Source: a bacterium
GTDB lineage: Bacteria; UBA9089; CG2-30-40-21
Direction: 5' to 3'
Length of the DNA: 36,554 bases
NCBI GenBank assembly: GCA_018814245.1
Contig: JAHIZN010000215.1
Coordinates: forward strand, 1 to 36,554
Shown here in pieces: positions 35,141 to 36,554 of this stretch (the first letter of the stretch is position 1; the number at the start of each line of letters is the position of its first letter). The notes under the pieces are model-generated. The model was not told the DNA's origin. It ran no database searches and saw nothing but the letters and a program-made list of their open reading frames with translations. The position numbers were made by a program, and so were the translations under genes.

Positions 35141-36554
35141 ATGACAAATTCAAATACTGCCAAGGAGCAGGAACGCGCCGAACTGCATCGCGCCATCTGG
35201 CAGATTGCCAACGATCTGCGCGGTAGTGTGGACGGCTGGGACTTCAAACAATATGTTTTAGGAATGCTTTTTTACCGCTTCATTAGCGAAAATCTTACCC
35301 GCTACATCAATGAAGACGAGCGGCGCAGCGGCAAGAAAGACTTTGACTACGCCAAACTTTCAGACAAAGAAGCAGAATTCGGTCGTGCCGATACGGTAAA
35401 GGAAAAAGGGTTCTATATTTTGCCGAGTGAGCTTTTTGTCAATGTCCGCTCTAAAGCGCGCCATGACGCCAACCTCAACGAAACGCTGGCTGCGGTATTC
35501 TGCAACATTGAAAATTCGTCCAAAGGTTCGGACAGCGAAGATGATCTCAAGGGTTTGTTTGATGATCTTGATGTGAATTCCAATAAACTCGGCAATACAG
35601 TAGAAAAAAGAAACCAGAAACTGGTGAAACTTTTGGAGGCAATCAGCGACCTGCGGATAGGCAATTATTACGACAACACGATTGACGCTTTCGGTGACGC
35701 CTATGAGTTTTTGATGACCATGTACGCTTCCAACGCGGGCAAGTCCGGAGGAGAATTTTTTACACCGCAGGAAGTGAGCGAATTGCTGGCCTGTCTGTCG
35801 ACCGTTGGGAAAAAAGAAGTCAATAAGGTATATGATCCGGCTTGCGGTTCTGGTTCGCTTCTTTTGAAGTTTGCCAAGATCCTTGGCAAGGAAAATGTAA
35901 GAATAGGATTCTTTGGGCAGGAGATCAACCTTACCACCTATAACCTTTGCCGTATCAATATGTTTTTGCACGATATCAACTACAATCACTTTGATGTTGC
36001 TCACGGCGATACACTTATTGACCCAAAGCACTGGGATGATGAGCCCTTTGACGCAATAGTTTCCAATCCGCCGTATTCCATCCAGTGGGAAGGAGACAGC
36101 AATTCGCTTCTGATCAATGACCCGCGCTTTTCACCGGCAGGAGTTTTAGCGCCCAAAAGCAAGGCTGATCTTGCCTTTACCATGCATATGCTCTCTTGGC
36201 TTTCCACCAGCGGCACGGCAGCGATCGTTGAATTTCCGGGGGTGCTCTATCGCGGCGGCGCTGAGCAGAAGATCCGCAAATATCTGGTAGATAACAACTA
36301 TATCGATACCGTGATTCAGCTTCCGCCCGATCTTTTCTTCGGCACAACCATTGCTACCTGCATTATCGTGCTTAAAAAAAGCAAGAAAGACAACAAAACC
36401 CTGTTCATTGATGCGTCAGCCGAATTTGTACGCGGAGGTAACAAAAACAAACTGAATGATGAAAACCGCGCCAAGATCTTAAAGGCATTTATCGCGCGCA
36501 AGGATGCCGACCATTTCGCCAAGCTGGTGGATAGCAAGATCATTGAAGAAAACG
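35141..36554 (+). CDS. hsdM: Type I restriction-modification system methyltransferase subunit HsdM (partial, runs off the window)
   Basis: The ORF is absent from the track because no stop occurs in the window. Hand translation gives [52 protein letters not shown]. Motif [13 protein letters not shown] and motif IV VSNPPYS (36059, in frame) are present. The SD is GGAGAA. Confidence 0.9.
   Translation, partial: MTNSNTAKEQERAELHRAIWQIANDLRGSVDGWDFKQYVLGMLFYRFISENLTRYINEDERRSGKKDFDYAKLSDKEAEFGRADTVKEKGFYILPSELFVNVRSKARHDANLNETLAAVFCNIENSSKGSDSEDDLKGLFDDLDVNSNKLGNTVEKRNQKLVKLLEAISDLRIGNYYDNTIDAFGDAYEFLMTMYASNAGKSGGEFFTPQEVSELLACLSTVGKKEVNKVYDPACGSGSLLLKFAKILGKENVRIGFFGQEINLTTYNLCRINMFLHDINYNHFDVAHGDTLIDPKHWDDEPFDAIVSNPPYSIQWEGDSNSLLINDPRFSPAGVLAPKSKADLAFTMHMLSWLSTSGTAAIVEFPGVLYRGGAEQKIRKYLVDNNYIDTVIQLPPDLFFGTTIATCIIVLKKSKKDNKTLFIDASAEFVRGGNKNKLNDENRAKILKAFIARKDADHFAKLVDSKIIEEN

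Noticed and set aside
35360-36543. Minus-strand ORFs of 223, 83, 78, 71 and 75 aa (35360-36031, 35413-35664, 35701-35937, 36001-36216, 36316-36543).
   Set aside because: They are antisense to an uninterrupted plus-strand hsdM frame with canonical motifs ([13 protein letters not shown]). They are low-complexity shadow ORFs typical of GC-richer DNA.

Overview
36.5-kb chromosomal segment of a low-GC (about 40% by eye) diderm bacterium. All calls come from reading the sequence and the ORF track; no searches were run. The backbone is housekeeping. On the minus strand: skp, bamA, a GT28 glycosyltransferase, a GH57 glycoside hydrolase, a TPR protein, a GuaB3-like IMPDH-family protein, a PilB/GspE ATPase, a nucleotide-sugar dehydrogenase, valS, ogt and a probably PPi-dependent pfk. 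On the plus strand: rsmA and a sugar-nucleotide cluster (NTP-transferase/PMM-like fusion, PGM/PMM, ManC-like). There are three tRNAs: Leu-TAG, Ser-GCT and Ser-TGA. Many small accessory modules sit between these genes. They are (1) a tightly coupled TIR-TM / 101-aa / PIN cassette bracketed exactly by two copies of one repeat family, the best candidate for an undescribed defence or toxin module; (2) a type II R-M pair beside tRNA-Leu; (3) a membrane protein plus proline-rich small protein pair preceded by a long rod-like RNA structure; (4) DUF433/DUF5615, HicB/HicA (HicA is absent from the ORF track) and HEPN/MNT pairs plus a solo HEPN-like gene; (5) a partial type I hsdM with a clear GC upshift at the right edge. 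Nearly every intergenic gap is filled with concentric, nested palindromic MITE-like repeats from at least 8 families. Some are flanked by direct repeats that look like target-site duplications. Members of these families are also inserted in frame at two sites inside the essential valS gene. No rRNA, CRISPR array, transposase or integrase was seen.
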